64,000 nt of DNA from an uncultured Phycisphaerales bacterium (GTDB lineage: Bacteria > Planctomycetota > Phycisphaerae > Sedimentisphaerales > Anaerobacaceae). Below, piece by piece: positions 1 through 9,403 of this stretch. The translations under genes and the position numbers were made by a program. The stretch is taken from NCBI GenBank assembly GCA_963718665.1, contig OY970359.1:1728001-1792000 (forward strand), given 5' to 3'. The notes beneath the pieces are model-generated. The model ran no database searches and was not told where the DNA came from. It saw nothing but the letters and a program-made list of their open reading frames with translations. Every line of letters starts with the position of its first letter. Position 1 is the stretch's first letter.

Positions 1-268
1 ACAATTAGGAGCAGGGTAAAGCGGAAAGCCGCTGAAAAACACGATTTTTTGACGATTAGAATGGTTGAGGTCTGTAAAAAATCGCATTTCAACAACGGCT
101 TTAAGACCAACATTTTGGATTCTGGCAGATGAAGCAATAAGATTCGTGAACAATACTTTGGCATCATCGTAATTTAAGTACGTTTTGATATTATTGCAGA
201 ATCAGAATGCTAGGTTGCGTAGCCAAGCGTTTAATATGAGAAATACTAAATTAAATGGGAAGAGAACC

Positions 269-919
269 ATGAAACGGTATGGTTATTTATTGGTGGTAGC
301 GGTCGTGGGAATATCGACCGTGGGTTGCACGTCTCCGTCAGGTCAGACGGACTACACGGCTTCCGGAGCTTTGGCCGGCGGGGCAACGGGCGCTATTATC
401 GGCAGCACGACTCGGTCGGGTTCTGCCCCATTGGTCGGCGCAGCCGTGGGCGCAGTGGCCGGCGGCCTCATTGGACACGGCATGGACCAGGCCCAGGAGG
501 AGCAGTTGAGAGCGCAAGCTCCACAGACGCTGCAACGGGTTGAACAGAGTCAGCCATTGACGGTGATGGACGTCAAATCGCTGGTGAAGGCAGGGATAAG
601 CGACGATCTCGTCATCAGCCAGATTCGTAATTCTCGCACGGTCTATCATCTCAACACAGCGGACATTATTGATCTCAAGAACTCGGGTGTCAGTGAAAAG
701 ATCATTGATTTCATGATCAACACGCCGACTCAGGTTCAGTCCGCCCAAGTGGCGGGAGTGGTAGGGACTGCGCCACCGCCACCGTTGGTCGAGCAGGTCG
801 TCATGGCTCCGGGTCCGGACTACGTCTGGGTGGGAGGCGCGTGGGTCTGGTTCGGGGATCGTTGGGTTTGGCACCACGGCTATTGGCACAGGCCGCTGTA
901 CGGGCACCACGGGCGATAA
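269..919 (+). CDS. Glycine-zipper lipoprotein with C-terminal YXWGXW-type repeat
   Basis: Signal peptide with lipobox-like TVGC; GALAGGATGAIIG and GAAVGAVAGGLIG glycine zippers; C-terminal APGPDYVWVGGAWVW...WVWHHGYW. Start moved to ATG 269. Confidence 0.75.
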   Translation: MKRYGYLLVVAVVGISTVGCTSPSGQTDYTASGALAGGATGAIIGSTTRSGSAPLVGAAVGAVAGGLIGHGMDQAQEEQLRAQAPQTLQRVEQSQPLTVMDVKSLVKAGISDDLVISQIRNSRTVYHLNTADIIDLKNSGVSEKIIDFMINTPTQVQSAQVAGVVGTAPPPPLVEQVVMAPGPDYVWVGGAWVWFGDRWVWHHGYWHRPLYGHHGR

Positions 920-985
920 CCCGGCTCAGCAGGGTTCTGGAAAGCACACAACTTCGTTGATAATGCTACGATTCTCAAGGAGTAT

Positions 986-1019
986 CCCGTACTGTAAAAA
1001 AATTCATCCGACTTTTAAG
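986..1019 (+). repeat. Repeat copy C (inverted relative to copies A and B; terminal ~35 bp only)
   Basis: CCCGTACTGTAAAAAAATTCATCCGACTTTTAAG; its reverse complement aligns with the right ends of 2942-3030 and 5864-5954. Confidence 0.7.
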
Positions 1020-1297
1020 ATGTACAAAAGGGGGGTGGTAAGAATCTTTTGTGCCTTTTGGTAAGCCTCTTTAACCAAGTGGTTGCAGAATCGCATGGTT
1101 GGCAAACAATATGCGTAATAGATAGAAGAGAATCCAGAAAGAGCTTTTCATGGATCGAAAAAACGCCAACGAGCTTAAAACACCTGAATGGGTGAAATTA
1201 GTACTGTTATATAGCCGGAATCAAAAGCAGGTAAAGCGCAAAGCTTAAATATCTCGTTAGCCAATTATTTCTCAAAGAGGTATGTAAACAGCTATCA

Positions 1298-1376
1298 TAA
1301 AAGAGGCATTTTACTTTTCATTCCACGCCCCTCGGAGGCTTGGCATGAAAAGCACAATGCCCACGCGCCTCTTTTA
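1298..1376. other. Long imperfect hairpin directly upstream of the integrase
   Basis: TAAAAGAGGC/GCCTCTTTTA (10 bp perfect), with inner GCATT/AATGC and CTTTTCAT/ATGAAAAG pairings. Confidence 0.6.
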
Positions 1377-1393
1377 AACAACCATGTGGGTAG

Positions 1394-2602
1394 ATGCTCA
1401 TGCCCTATGAACCTGATCCCTGCGAAAAGGCCCTGGAGAGCGCAAGGAGGAAGATAGAAGTGCTGCCGACTCACAGCAGCAACCGCAAGGCCATCCTCGA
1501 TTTCTCGGATTTTTGCTTCTCCGAAGGGCTGGGTACAAGGAGGGTAGTAAAATATCTTTATACTTTAGCTACCATAGCCCAGTGGCTTCCAGAAGAGTTT
1601 GACAAAGCAACTCGCCCCGATATTTAGAAGCTCGTGATCAGAATCGAGCGTTCAGGTTATGCAGAATGGACCAAGCATGATTACCGGGTTACGTTAAAGA
1701 AGTTCTTCCGCTGGCTGCGTCACTATGAGGATGGCTACCCGCCAGAAGTTAAATGGATCCGAACTACGATACAGAAGAACAGAACCAAGCTGCCGGAGGA
1801 ACTCCTCACCCCCGAGGAAGTGCAGGCCATGGTAACAGCCGCAACGACCGTTCGTGACAAGGCGTTAATTGCTTCACTTTACGAGAGCGGCTGCAGGATA
1901 AGCGAAATCCTCAACCTTCAGATAAGGCAAATACAAGAGCATCCACACGGTTTCCAAATCATGGTCAAGGGCAAGAAAGGGCCGAGACAGCTTCTGCTGA
2001 TTGCTTGTGCCCCTTACATAGCTGCATGGTTTAACTAGCATCCGAGGCGTGATGACCCACAGGCGCCTTTATGGATTTCGAGCGACTATCGCGCCCAACG
2101 TCTCAAATACGAGAGAGTTTCCACCATATTGAGGACTGTGGCTGAACGTGCTTCCGTTCGCAAGGCTGTCAATCCCCATAACTTCCGCCATAGCCGGGCC
2201 ACGCATCTTGCAAAACATCTCACCGAGGCCCAGATGAACGAATACATGGGATGGGTTCAAGGATCTGATATGCCTTCCACATACGTTCACCTTTCAGGCA
2301 GGGATGTAGATCAGGCCTTGCTCAAGCTCAATAATATTTCGGACGCTGATGAACAGGGAACAAAAGAAAGTTTTTCTCTAAGGGCCTGCCCGAGGTGCGC
2401 TCTTAGCAATCCTCCTGCGAACAAATTTTGCAGCCGTTGCGGAATGACACTGGACGAAAAAACCGCCAATGAGTTGATGAGAAGCAACATGGAGCGTGCC
2501 AAGGCAGATGAAGTCATGGACTCACTCCTGCATGACGTGGAGTTCCGCTCATTATTGGAACGAAAACTTGCACAACTTAATACAGTTACTTCGACAAAAT
2601 AA
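1394..2602 (+). pseudogene. Tyrosine recombinase/integrase with C-terminal zinc ribbon, interrupted by two in-frame TAG codons
   Basis: ORFs 1394-1627, 1634-2038 and 2129-2602 share one frame, broken only by TAG at 1625-1627 and 2036-2038. Catalytic motifs YESGCRISE, KGKKG, HNFRHSRAT, MGW and TYVH are present, plus CPRC...CSRC. Confidence 0.9.
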
Positions 2603-2941
2603 TCCCGCCCGGATTAGGCTGGATAAGGCGCGAACTCCGTCGGCCTTGGCAAAATCAACACATTCCAACTCATCACAGCTGACCAGTTTGAGTAAACGTG
2701 CATCCCCGGCACGAATCCCCAATTCGTATGGGATGTGGGATGCACTGCAAAGATGCGGCCTGATTAACAGCGCCGATGCAACGTGATTTTTATTATCCTA
2801 TTGGTTGAGCTAATATATAAAGCTGTTCAAAAAACTGGCGTGTGTTGCGTGAGGTATGCAATTCATGCCGATTAGCCAAGGCTCGCTCATTGTCGCTTCA
2901 CATAAGAGATGCCTTCTGGGAGAAATGGTGCGTGGCGGCCT

Positions 2942-3030
2942 AAATTGACCAATTTTAACAAAATAAGCTGCTTGAAGGTCAGCTTACCCAAAAACTTAGG
3001 ACCGTATGAGTCTTTTTATAGTACGGGTTC
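2942..3030. repeat. Repeat copy A (~90 bp)
   Basis: Aligns collinearly with 5864-5954 (GACCAATT..AAATAA.CTGCTTG..AAAAACTTA..TATAGTACG.GTTC). Confidence 0.8.
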
Positions 3031-3033
3031 GCA

Positions 3034-5739
3034 CTAATTGTCATCGGTGTCTACAGTCACAGCCCACTGGGGATAAGGTTCATGGGGGCCTTTCATGGCG
3101 TGCCAGAGAATATGATTCAATACGTCTTCGGGACATTGGTCAGCTTTATCCAGGGGGAGTTTGGCTGATGTGATAGCATCTTTGCGAAGAGTAGGGTTCG
3201 ATATTTTTTTGGGATTCGGATTCATCTGATCCAGAGGGATATTCGTAGGCACGGCGACAAAGGGGGCAAAATCGGGCGTATCGGTAAAGCAGTCGGACAG
3301 CGGAGTGGCTGTGGCATCTATTTGATTCATGGGCGGCAGACCGAGAATCAATTCGATGCTACGGAGAATGCTGGTCTGGTTGTATTGCGTTTTGATGACT
3401 GCGTTACGCCTGGTGTAGGGGCTGATGACATAGGCAGTGGTTCGATAACCGCTGACATGATCCCAGCCGTCCTGCGGGTCGTCCTCAATGGCGAAAATGC
3501 AGGTTTTTTCCCAGAATTGACTATGGCCGATCGCTTCGATGATTTGTCCTAAGGCCAAGTCGTTATCCGCAACCTGAGCGGCCGGGGTCGGTGCACCAGC
3601 CCTCGTTCCAGAGGTATGATCGTTCGGCAGGCTGATGATCACCAAGTTGGGGAACTTGCCTTTTTGCTCAAATTCGTGCAGTTCTTTGATGAATTGTGCC
3701 GCCCGAAACACATCAGGAATTTCCAAGTACCAACCGACCGTCTGAGTGTCCAGATAGGGGCGAAGCGATTCGATGGCCGGTCTGCTGGAGATATTGAACA
3801 AACTGGTCTTGTTAACAAAATTGCGGTAATAACCGAGGAACGTCAGAGGGTCTTTCTTTGTAGGATCTTTCCAAGAGGTTTCGGTAATGGCGAACTCTCC
3901 ATAGTCGCGCAGCGATTTTCCGTGGGCAATGGCGTTGTCCCAGATGAAGCCAGATGGCGCATAGGCCAGCGCATCCACGCCGTTATCATCCCCCCCGGCG
4001 GGATAACTTCTCGGAAAGCCGGCGAATGATTTTTCCATGTAATCGGTGGCAAAGGCTGAGTCCGACCATTGATGGCCGTCTGCACTTAGAATACCCGAGC
4101 AATACATGTTGTCCAGCAGCACGAACTCGCGCACTATCTTGTGCTGGTTTGGTGTAACGTTTTGGCCGAAGATACACAACTTTGGATCGCCATTGCCTTG
4201 GGAAACATCGCCGAGTACCTGGTCATAGGTTCTGTTTTCCTTGATGATGTACACGACGTGTTCAAAGACAGACGGTTCGCCGACCCTTTGGGGGATAAGT
4301 CGAGGGGGCTGATTGGGTCGGGCCGGTAGCTGGGCCTCTTCCAGCAGCGGATGGCGATAATTGTCCAGCACTTGGCGAGTCAGAGCCGGCAGTTCCGCGG
4401 ATTTCGGTACGGGCAGAAGGGATAATGTGCCGTGGTATTGACGCGAGTTGAATTCGAGTTTCTCGGTGTCTTTGATACTCCTAGTTGAGCCAATGCCTTT
4501 GATATTGGCCACATATAGCCGATGCCGGACGGTATCATACGCAACCGCACCGGGAAACCACCCGACAGGAATCAATCCAATAAGTTTCGACCTGCCGGGA
4601 CAGAAGCGGACAACCGCAACGGCGTTCTGAGTGCCATTGGCGACGTAAAGCGTATCGCCTTTGGGATTAAAGACCAGAGCGTTGGGACTCGCGCCGAACA
4701 AATCGGCGGGGCTTGGCTTGACCCAGATGGTTTCCACAACTGTGTCTGTTCGCGTGTCGATCACGCTGAGCGTATCGCTGCCGGCATTGGCTACCACAAC
4801 ATAACGCCCATTGGGTGATAAAACCATGGCTGACGAATGCAATCCGACCGGGATTTGGCTTTCAGAAATATCTTGGGACAGGTGAATGACGGAAATCGAC
4901 CCTTCGTTGGCGATGTGGCGCACGGGATCCACACGCACCCGTGTACCCTGGCCGGCCGGTCCGGTGAGGCTGTTTTCATCAGGCAGGCGGCCGCCCCAGT
5001 TGCTGACATAGGCTTTATCTTTCGTCAGCACGACGTCGTAAGGGGCAACGCCTACATCCCATAGATGAAGCACCTTCCCATTAGCGGCATCAATCTCCGC
5101 CAGGCGGTTAGACAGATTCAGTGCAACGTACAGCCGCCGCCCGTCTCGGGAAACCGCCAGGCCGGCCGGGATCTCCTGCTCGCGGCGCGGCGCATTGGCA
5201 GCAGGCAAAGCGATTGAAAACAGCCCCTGCACCTGGCCGTCTGGATTGACGCCGAAAACCTTGATGTCGCCATTGACGTTGGACAAATAGAAGCGAGTGC
5301 CATCCGGGCTGAACGTCAGGCCCGTGTAACTGATTTGACTAGATTTGTCTGGCTTAAGGTTAAGAGAGGAAACCTCCGGAGACATCGGGGCTTTACTGGA
5401 GGGCATCGTTACGTTCTGCCTGATATGACCACTTAGCGGATCAATCAGCACCAGTTCCTGCGTCTTGCCGGACGTGGCGAGCAGCCGGCCGTCGGAACTC
5501 AGCGCCAGCGCCTGGGGCCTCATACCCGGCAGTTCCACCTGGATTCCTATCGGCGTGAGGATCTGGTGGACCGGCGTCATGTATGTTGAGGGTGCAATTT
5601 CGCCAACTTGCTTTTTGGTCGAAAAGTCCGGCGTATTGCACGAACTGATACAAATCAACAAAGCCACCGTCACGCTAAACATTGCTGTCGACTGCGGTAC
5701 ATTTACAGATTGTGTCGAATGTTTGCGTTCCATGCTCAT
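3034..5739 (-). CDS. Secreted YVTN beta-propeller / phosphoesterase (alkaline phosphatase superfamily) lipoprotein
   Basis: Signal/lipobox ISSC; repeated propeller blades (LYVANG, IPVGWFP); phosphoesterase motifs YIIKENRTYDQVLGD, SADGHQW, LPNDHTSG, EDDPQDGWDHV. Confidence 0.85.
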   Translation of the reverse strand: MSMERKHSTQSVNVPQSTAMFSVTVALLICISSCNTPDFSTKKQVGEIAPSTYMTPVHQILTPIGIQVELPGMRPQALALSSDGRLLATSGKTQELVLIDPLSGHIRQNVTMPSSKAPMSPEVSSLNLKPDKSSQISYTGLTFSPDGTRFYLSNVNGDIKVFGVNPDGQVQGLFSIALPAANAPRREQEIPAGLAVSRDGRRLYVALNLSNRLAEIDAANGKVLHLWDVGVAPYDVVLTKDKAYVSNWGGRLPDENSLTGPAGQGTRVRVDPVRHIANEGSISVIHLSQDISESQIPVGLHSSAMVLSPNGRYVVVANAGSDTLSVIDTRTDTVVETIWVKPSPADLFGASPNALVFNPKGDTLYVANGTQNAVAVVRFCPGRSKLIGLIPVGWFPGAVAYDTVRHRLYVANIKGIGSTRSIKDTEKLEFNSRQYHGTLSLLPVPKSAELPALTRQVLDNYRHPLLEEAQLPARPNQPPRLIPQRVGEPSVFEHVVYIIKENRTYDQVLGDVSQGNGDPKLCIFGQNVTPNQHKIVREFVLLDNMYCSGILSADGHQWSDSAFATDYMEKSFAGFPRSYPAGGDDNGVDALAYAPSGFIWDNAIAHGKSLRDYGEFAITETSWKDPTKKDPLTFLGYYRNFVNKTSLFNISSRPAIESLRPYLDTQTVGWYLEIPDVFRAAQFIKELHEFEQKGKFPNLVIISLPNDHTSGTRAGAPTPAAQVADNDLALGQIIEAIGHSQFWEKTCIFAIEDDPQDGWDHVSGYRTTAYVISPYTRRNAVIKTQYNQTSILRSIELILGLPPMNQIDATATPLSDCFTDTPDFAPFVAVPTNIPLDQMNPNPKKISNPTLRKDAITSAKLPLDKADQCPEDVLNHILWHAMKGPHEPYPQWAVTVDTDDN

Positions 5740-5863
5740 TCTTCTTTTGTCCCTATCAAAAATCCCATACCTTAAAAATATTCATCCCATCCATCAGGCC
5801 ACCCTTTTGTATAACTTCAAAAGCCTACAACGACGAAAATGAATTATACTGCACAACTACTGA

Positions 5864-5954
5864 AAATCGACCAATTCCAATGAAATAAACTGCTTGTAAG
5901 ACCAGGTTTCCAAAAAACTTAACATCGGATGAATATTTATATAGTACGAGGTTC
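5864..5954. repeat. Repeat copy B (~90 bp), direct repeat of copy A
   Basis: Aligned by eye to 2942-3030; the two copies bracket the phosphoesterase gene. Confidence 0.8.
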
Positions 5955-5988
5955 AAACCTACTTCTGCTTCGGCTTCACCGCCCATTT

Positions 5989-6525
5989 TCAGCATGAAGG
6001 AGCTGTTTCATAGTTCATTCCGGCCGGTTTTCCCATAAAAGCATCGTTATCAATATCCCATACCAATCTGCCAAGAGGTAAATGCTGTACGAGTCTCTGG
6101 GATGCAAACGTAGTATTTATTACAAACAGACCTGCCAGTGTGTGCTTTAAAGAGTCATTGACGTGAGGTAGAGCGCATCTGCCGATATCAAAGGCAACTT
6201 TCAAAATCGGCTCGCCTCTACGATAATGCCGAGCCAGGGCATAGGCCAAATAAAATTTGCTTTTCAAAAGACATCTTAAAAATGTTTTGGATATGCTATT
6301 CCCGCTTGTAATGATTTCATCGTGATAAATCTGCGCATAGAATTTTAGTATATGGCTTAAATGAATTGAGTTTCGGGATCGTTCGGCCCAGGGCATAAAT
6401 GACACGGACACAAAATGAATCCAGAAGGCCTCTTTTTTAGTGTAACCATAACTCACCAGCCGATTTGTTTGATTGCTGTATGTGTCGTATAGACAATCCA
6501 CCGCGTCTGACAGATAACTTATCAT
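5989..6525 (-). CDS. Hypothetical protein
   Basis: 178-aa ORF with AAGGA Shine-Dalgarno upstream; no motif recognised. Confidence 0.55.
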   Translation of the reverse strand: MISYLSDAVDCLYDTYSNQTNRLVSYGYTKKEAFWIHFVSVSFMPWAERSRNSIHLSHILKFYAQIYHDEIITSGNSISKTFLRCLLKSKFYLAYALARHYRRGEPILKVAFDIGRCALPHVNDSLKHTLAGLFVINTTFASQRLVQHLPLGRLVWDIDNDAFMGKPAGMNYETAPSC

Positions 6526-6581
6526 AGCATTTATTCCTTAATCACGTTATTTTTTGCGTTAAGTAATACATAACCGAGCAA

Positions 6582-6608
6582 TGTTCAGACTGTGTTAATA
6601 TCCTATTA
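6582..6608 (-). promoter_or_regulatory. 11-bp-period Pho-box-like repeats
   Basis: + strand TGTTC 6582, TGTTA 6593, TATTA 6604 (TAACA-like on the minus strand). Confidence 0.45.
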
Positions 6609-6743
6609 TTTTTTGTATATTTAAGGATGGTTCCAACGTTCATTTCAGAAGTTAACATAACCTAAAGGAGTCAAAAACACTTTATTCAATAGTTTCCACT
6701 CAGGGATGTAATTTTCGGTAGGGACAAATATAGTATGATAGCT

Positions 6744-8300
6744 CTATAGAGAATCGCTGCTCCACATCGTCGCGAAAATAGCAAAATCCCGAAAATCAAT
6801 AACATTGTCAGAGTTCAGGTCGTACTGCAGATTGTAATTTGCATCTCCTTCTGCCGAAAGCCAAGCTGAGGCAAAGCCGGTGAGAGTCAATTCACTTTCA
6901 CCAGTGCTATAGACAAAACTCTGGTCGTAACTGGCGTTGACGCATGCCTCGCTGCTCGAAGTGACATTAATATGCAGCGAATTAGAACCGGCAGTAGAAG
7001 TGTCTAACAAAACCTCGTGAACGTTATTGCCATCCAAAGCATACGCGACACCATTAGAATCACCAATCAAAGTTCCGCCAGACAGGACTTGTATTTGATA
7101 ATCGAGCTGGTCGGCACCGACAGAAGCCGTAACATTAGCGTCATTGCAAATTGCAACGTATGCAACAGCTTGTGAACCCTGAATTATCTGTCCGGTTGGA
7201 AGATTGACCTCAACACTCATAACAGCAGGTGTTTGATAATCTGCCACTACAGGCAAATGGTCGCTGCATAAAGTGGCATGATAAACCAGCGTCTGGTTAT
7301 ATTTGCTGCCAACGGCATCAACGAGGCGGCCGCCGTAAGTGAATGTTCCGTCATTGCAGAATGCATGATAAGAAGTTTGAGATGCGCGGCAGTTGCCCAG
7401 GCCCGGCTTGATTAAGCTCATTCCTCTTCCATCATAAAGCGAATTGCTGATGAGTTGGAAGTCAATCCGTGACATCGGCGTGGTTGAGCTGTATGTGCTG
7501 AATATTTCATATTGACTGCAGTTCCAGTTCACTAATTGTGTAAATCCGCCCGGGTCAACGGCTTGGCCGTTACCGGTGCTGACGTAAACGGAACCAACTG
7601 GGCCTGGCAAATTTACCAAGTCCACCAAGTAATACCAGGGATTATCATACCCACCCGACGCCGTAGTGTCATACGAGCCCATAACCGCATCATCAAAGGG
7701 ATTGTCGAGATTATAATCGCCGAGATAGATTATGTTTGTCCCTGCCGCCAATGAATCACCGCCATAATATTTATCCCATCGCACCCGGAGCGCTTCCATC
7801 GCACGGTCGTAAATATCTGTGCTTACGTCATATGCTTTATAATGATCGCAATAGACATATATATCCGCATTAGAACCATATCCGATAATTCTAAAATGGT
7901 ATCGTCCGGTTTTGCGAGGAGCGGCGGGGTCTTTAAAAGCAACCTGGTCAATTATCTGAACGGTTTTCGTGTTATATACCATCCCAACTTTCTCATAACC
8001 ATCGCCTGTGGCATTCAAAGTGCTGTAGGCATAAGTTCCGGCGCCGTAAATACCATTTAGAATATTTACGATTTGTGATTCGATAGTAAAGCCGCCGTCC
8101 TTCATCTCCTGCAAGGCAAGAATATCTATAGGCCTGACAATGCCGTTGACATTCTCATTGCCGATTGCCTGCAGTATTTCGCCTGCGTAGCTACTAAGTC
8201 CAGTACTTGCTTCCATATTGTATGTAACCACTCTGATTTCAGGAAAAGCGGTGCTATTAAATAAAAAAACAGTAAATATTATTATCGCGATAGTTCGCAT
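6744..8300 (-). CDS. Secreted endonuclease/exonuclease/phosphatase (EEP) family protein with dockerin-like C-terminus
   Basis: Signal peptide from ATG 8300; EEP motifs VVTYN, LALQE, GDYN, RIDF, SDHLPV; C-terminal DLNSDNVIDFRDFAIFATMW. Confidence 0.85.
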   Translation of the reverse strand: MRTIAIIIFTVFLFNSTAFPEIRVVTYNMEASTGLSSYAGEILQAIGNENVNGIVRPIDILALQEMKDGGFTIESQIVNILNGIYGAGTYAYSTLNATGDGYEKVGMVYNTKTVQIIDQVAFKDPAAPRKTGRYHFRIIGYGSNADIYVYCDHYKAYDVSTDIYDRAMEALRVRWDKYYGGDSLAAGTNIIYLGDYNLDNPFDDAVMGSYDTTASGGYDNPWYYLVDLVNLPGPVGSVYVSTGNGQAVDPGGFTQLVNWNCSQYEIFSTYSSTTPMSRIDFQLISNSLYDGRGMSLIKPGLGNCRASQTSYHAFCNDGTFTYGGRLVDAVGSKYNQTLVYHATLCSDHLPVVADYQTPAVMSVEVNLPTGQIIQGSQAVAYVAICNDANVTASVGADQLDYQIQVLSGGTLIGDSNGVAYALDGNNVHEVLLDTSTAGSNSLHINVTSSSEACVNASYDQSFVYSTGESELTLTGFASAWLSAEGDANYNLQYDLNSDNVIDFRDFAIFATMWSSDSL

Positions 8301-8329
8301 TATGTGATTCCTTACAAGTTTGCCCACAG

Positions 8330-9310
8330 TTATTGGATTACCATTCCTTTTGTAGCATTCAAGTCCTGTGTTAACGCAGGGTTGAGTACCGTTGTTCCTT
8401 TTGGAAAATAATATGAAATACTGAGCGAATCCTGGGCTTTTAAATTCGCGCAATGGCCGTCAAAAAAAACAGCGTTCAGACCCTTATTATGCCGCCAGCC
8501 GTATTTATAATTGTTCGGTGTCGGGTCAAGATGTCTTTGTGCGCCAATCCCTTTCAGAGCTCCGACATATGGATCTCCTGTTAGCGGAGTGGCGGGGCCA
8601 TACAACATAAAATTGCCTCCCTCAATTTGTTTTGGAAAATCGTTAAAAGATAGCCCTAACGAAGGGTCAATATACCTAGCGCCGTCCAAAACATATATTT
8701 TATCGCTGGGTTTGCCAATCATCTGCAACAATGGCAGATAATTAGGAGGGATACTTACTTCGTTGTCACTTTCTAATTCGTATGCGGTAATTATATTCTT
8801 GCCTACCACATTTTCGCCGCAAAGATGAAAACCAAGCGCCGCAGAATAACTGGAATATCTCAATGATTCGGCCGGGAGGTCTGGGGGCCACGCCGGGTCA
8901 GCATCGTAAATGTAGGCGTTCTTCTCTCTGTTAGCCGGGCAGCGTAAAGCCGTATTAAGAATTTTAGCAATACGGTAAAATCTATTTCTCGGCAAAGCCA
9001 ATTCTTTTCCGAGTGTTGGTGATACCCAATCCATATTCTGAACCGGCACCGTAGGGCTGCTATCCGAGGGGGCCGTATTGCTGTTTAACTCTATGCCGCT
9101 GGTATCAGGGCCAGCCAAGTAGTCGTCGTGATCCGTAGCATATATAGACATGGCAACACCGCATTGCCGTAAATGACTTATACAGACAACGCTGTACGCG
9201 GCCTGACGGGCCTTATTTAGAGATGGAAGTAAAATAGCCATTAACAGCGAAATAATGGAAATAACAACAAGAAGCTCAACGAGGGTAAATCCTTTTTTCT
9301 TATTTTCCAT
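8330..9310 (-). CDS. Prepilin-type N-terminal methylation / H-X9-DG domain protein (planctomycete DUF1559-like)
   Basis: KKGFTLVELLVVISIISLLMAILLPSL and RHNKGLNAVFFDGH. Confidence 0.9.
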   Translation of the reverse strand: MENKKKGFTLVELLVVISIISLLMAILLPSLNKARQAAYSVVCISHLRQCGVAMSIYATDHDDYLAGPDTSGIELNSNTAPSDSSPTVPVQNMDWVSPTLGKELALPRNRFYRIAKILNTALRCPANREKNAYIYDADPAWPPDLPAESLRYSSYSAALGFHLCGENVVGKNIITAYELESDNEVSIPPNYLPLLQMIGKPSDKIYVLDGARYIDPSLGLSFNDFPKQIEGGNFMLYGPATPLTGDPYVGALKGIGAQRHLDPTPNNYKYGWRHNKGLNAVFFDGHCANLKAQDSLSISYYFPKGTTVLNPALTQDLNATKGMVIQ

Positions 9311-9339
9311 ATCTTTTAACTTTTTAATAAAAGTTAATA

Positions 9340-9375
9340 AAAGGGCTGGCAGTGTACACCAGCCACCAGCCCTTT
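9340..9375 (-). terminator. Hairpin / probable intrinsic terminator or attenuator
   Basis: AAAGGGCTGG...CCAGCCCTTT flanked by A/T runs. Confidence 0.55.
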
Positions 9376-9403
9376 GAAAAAAAAGATGCGTGATAACAAC
9401 CTA

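Noticed and set aside
1..100. Possible IS end (TTTCAACAACGGCT)
   Set aside because: No transposase or partner repeat inside the window.
1394..5954. Classical integron (intI, attI, attC)
   Set aside because: The integrase has a zinc-ribbon tail unlike IntI and is convergent with the downstream genes; the repeats lack an evident RYYYAAC/GTTRRRY palindrome.
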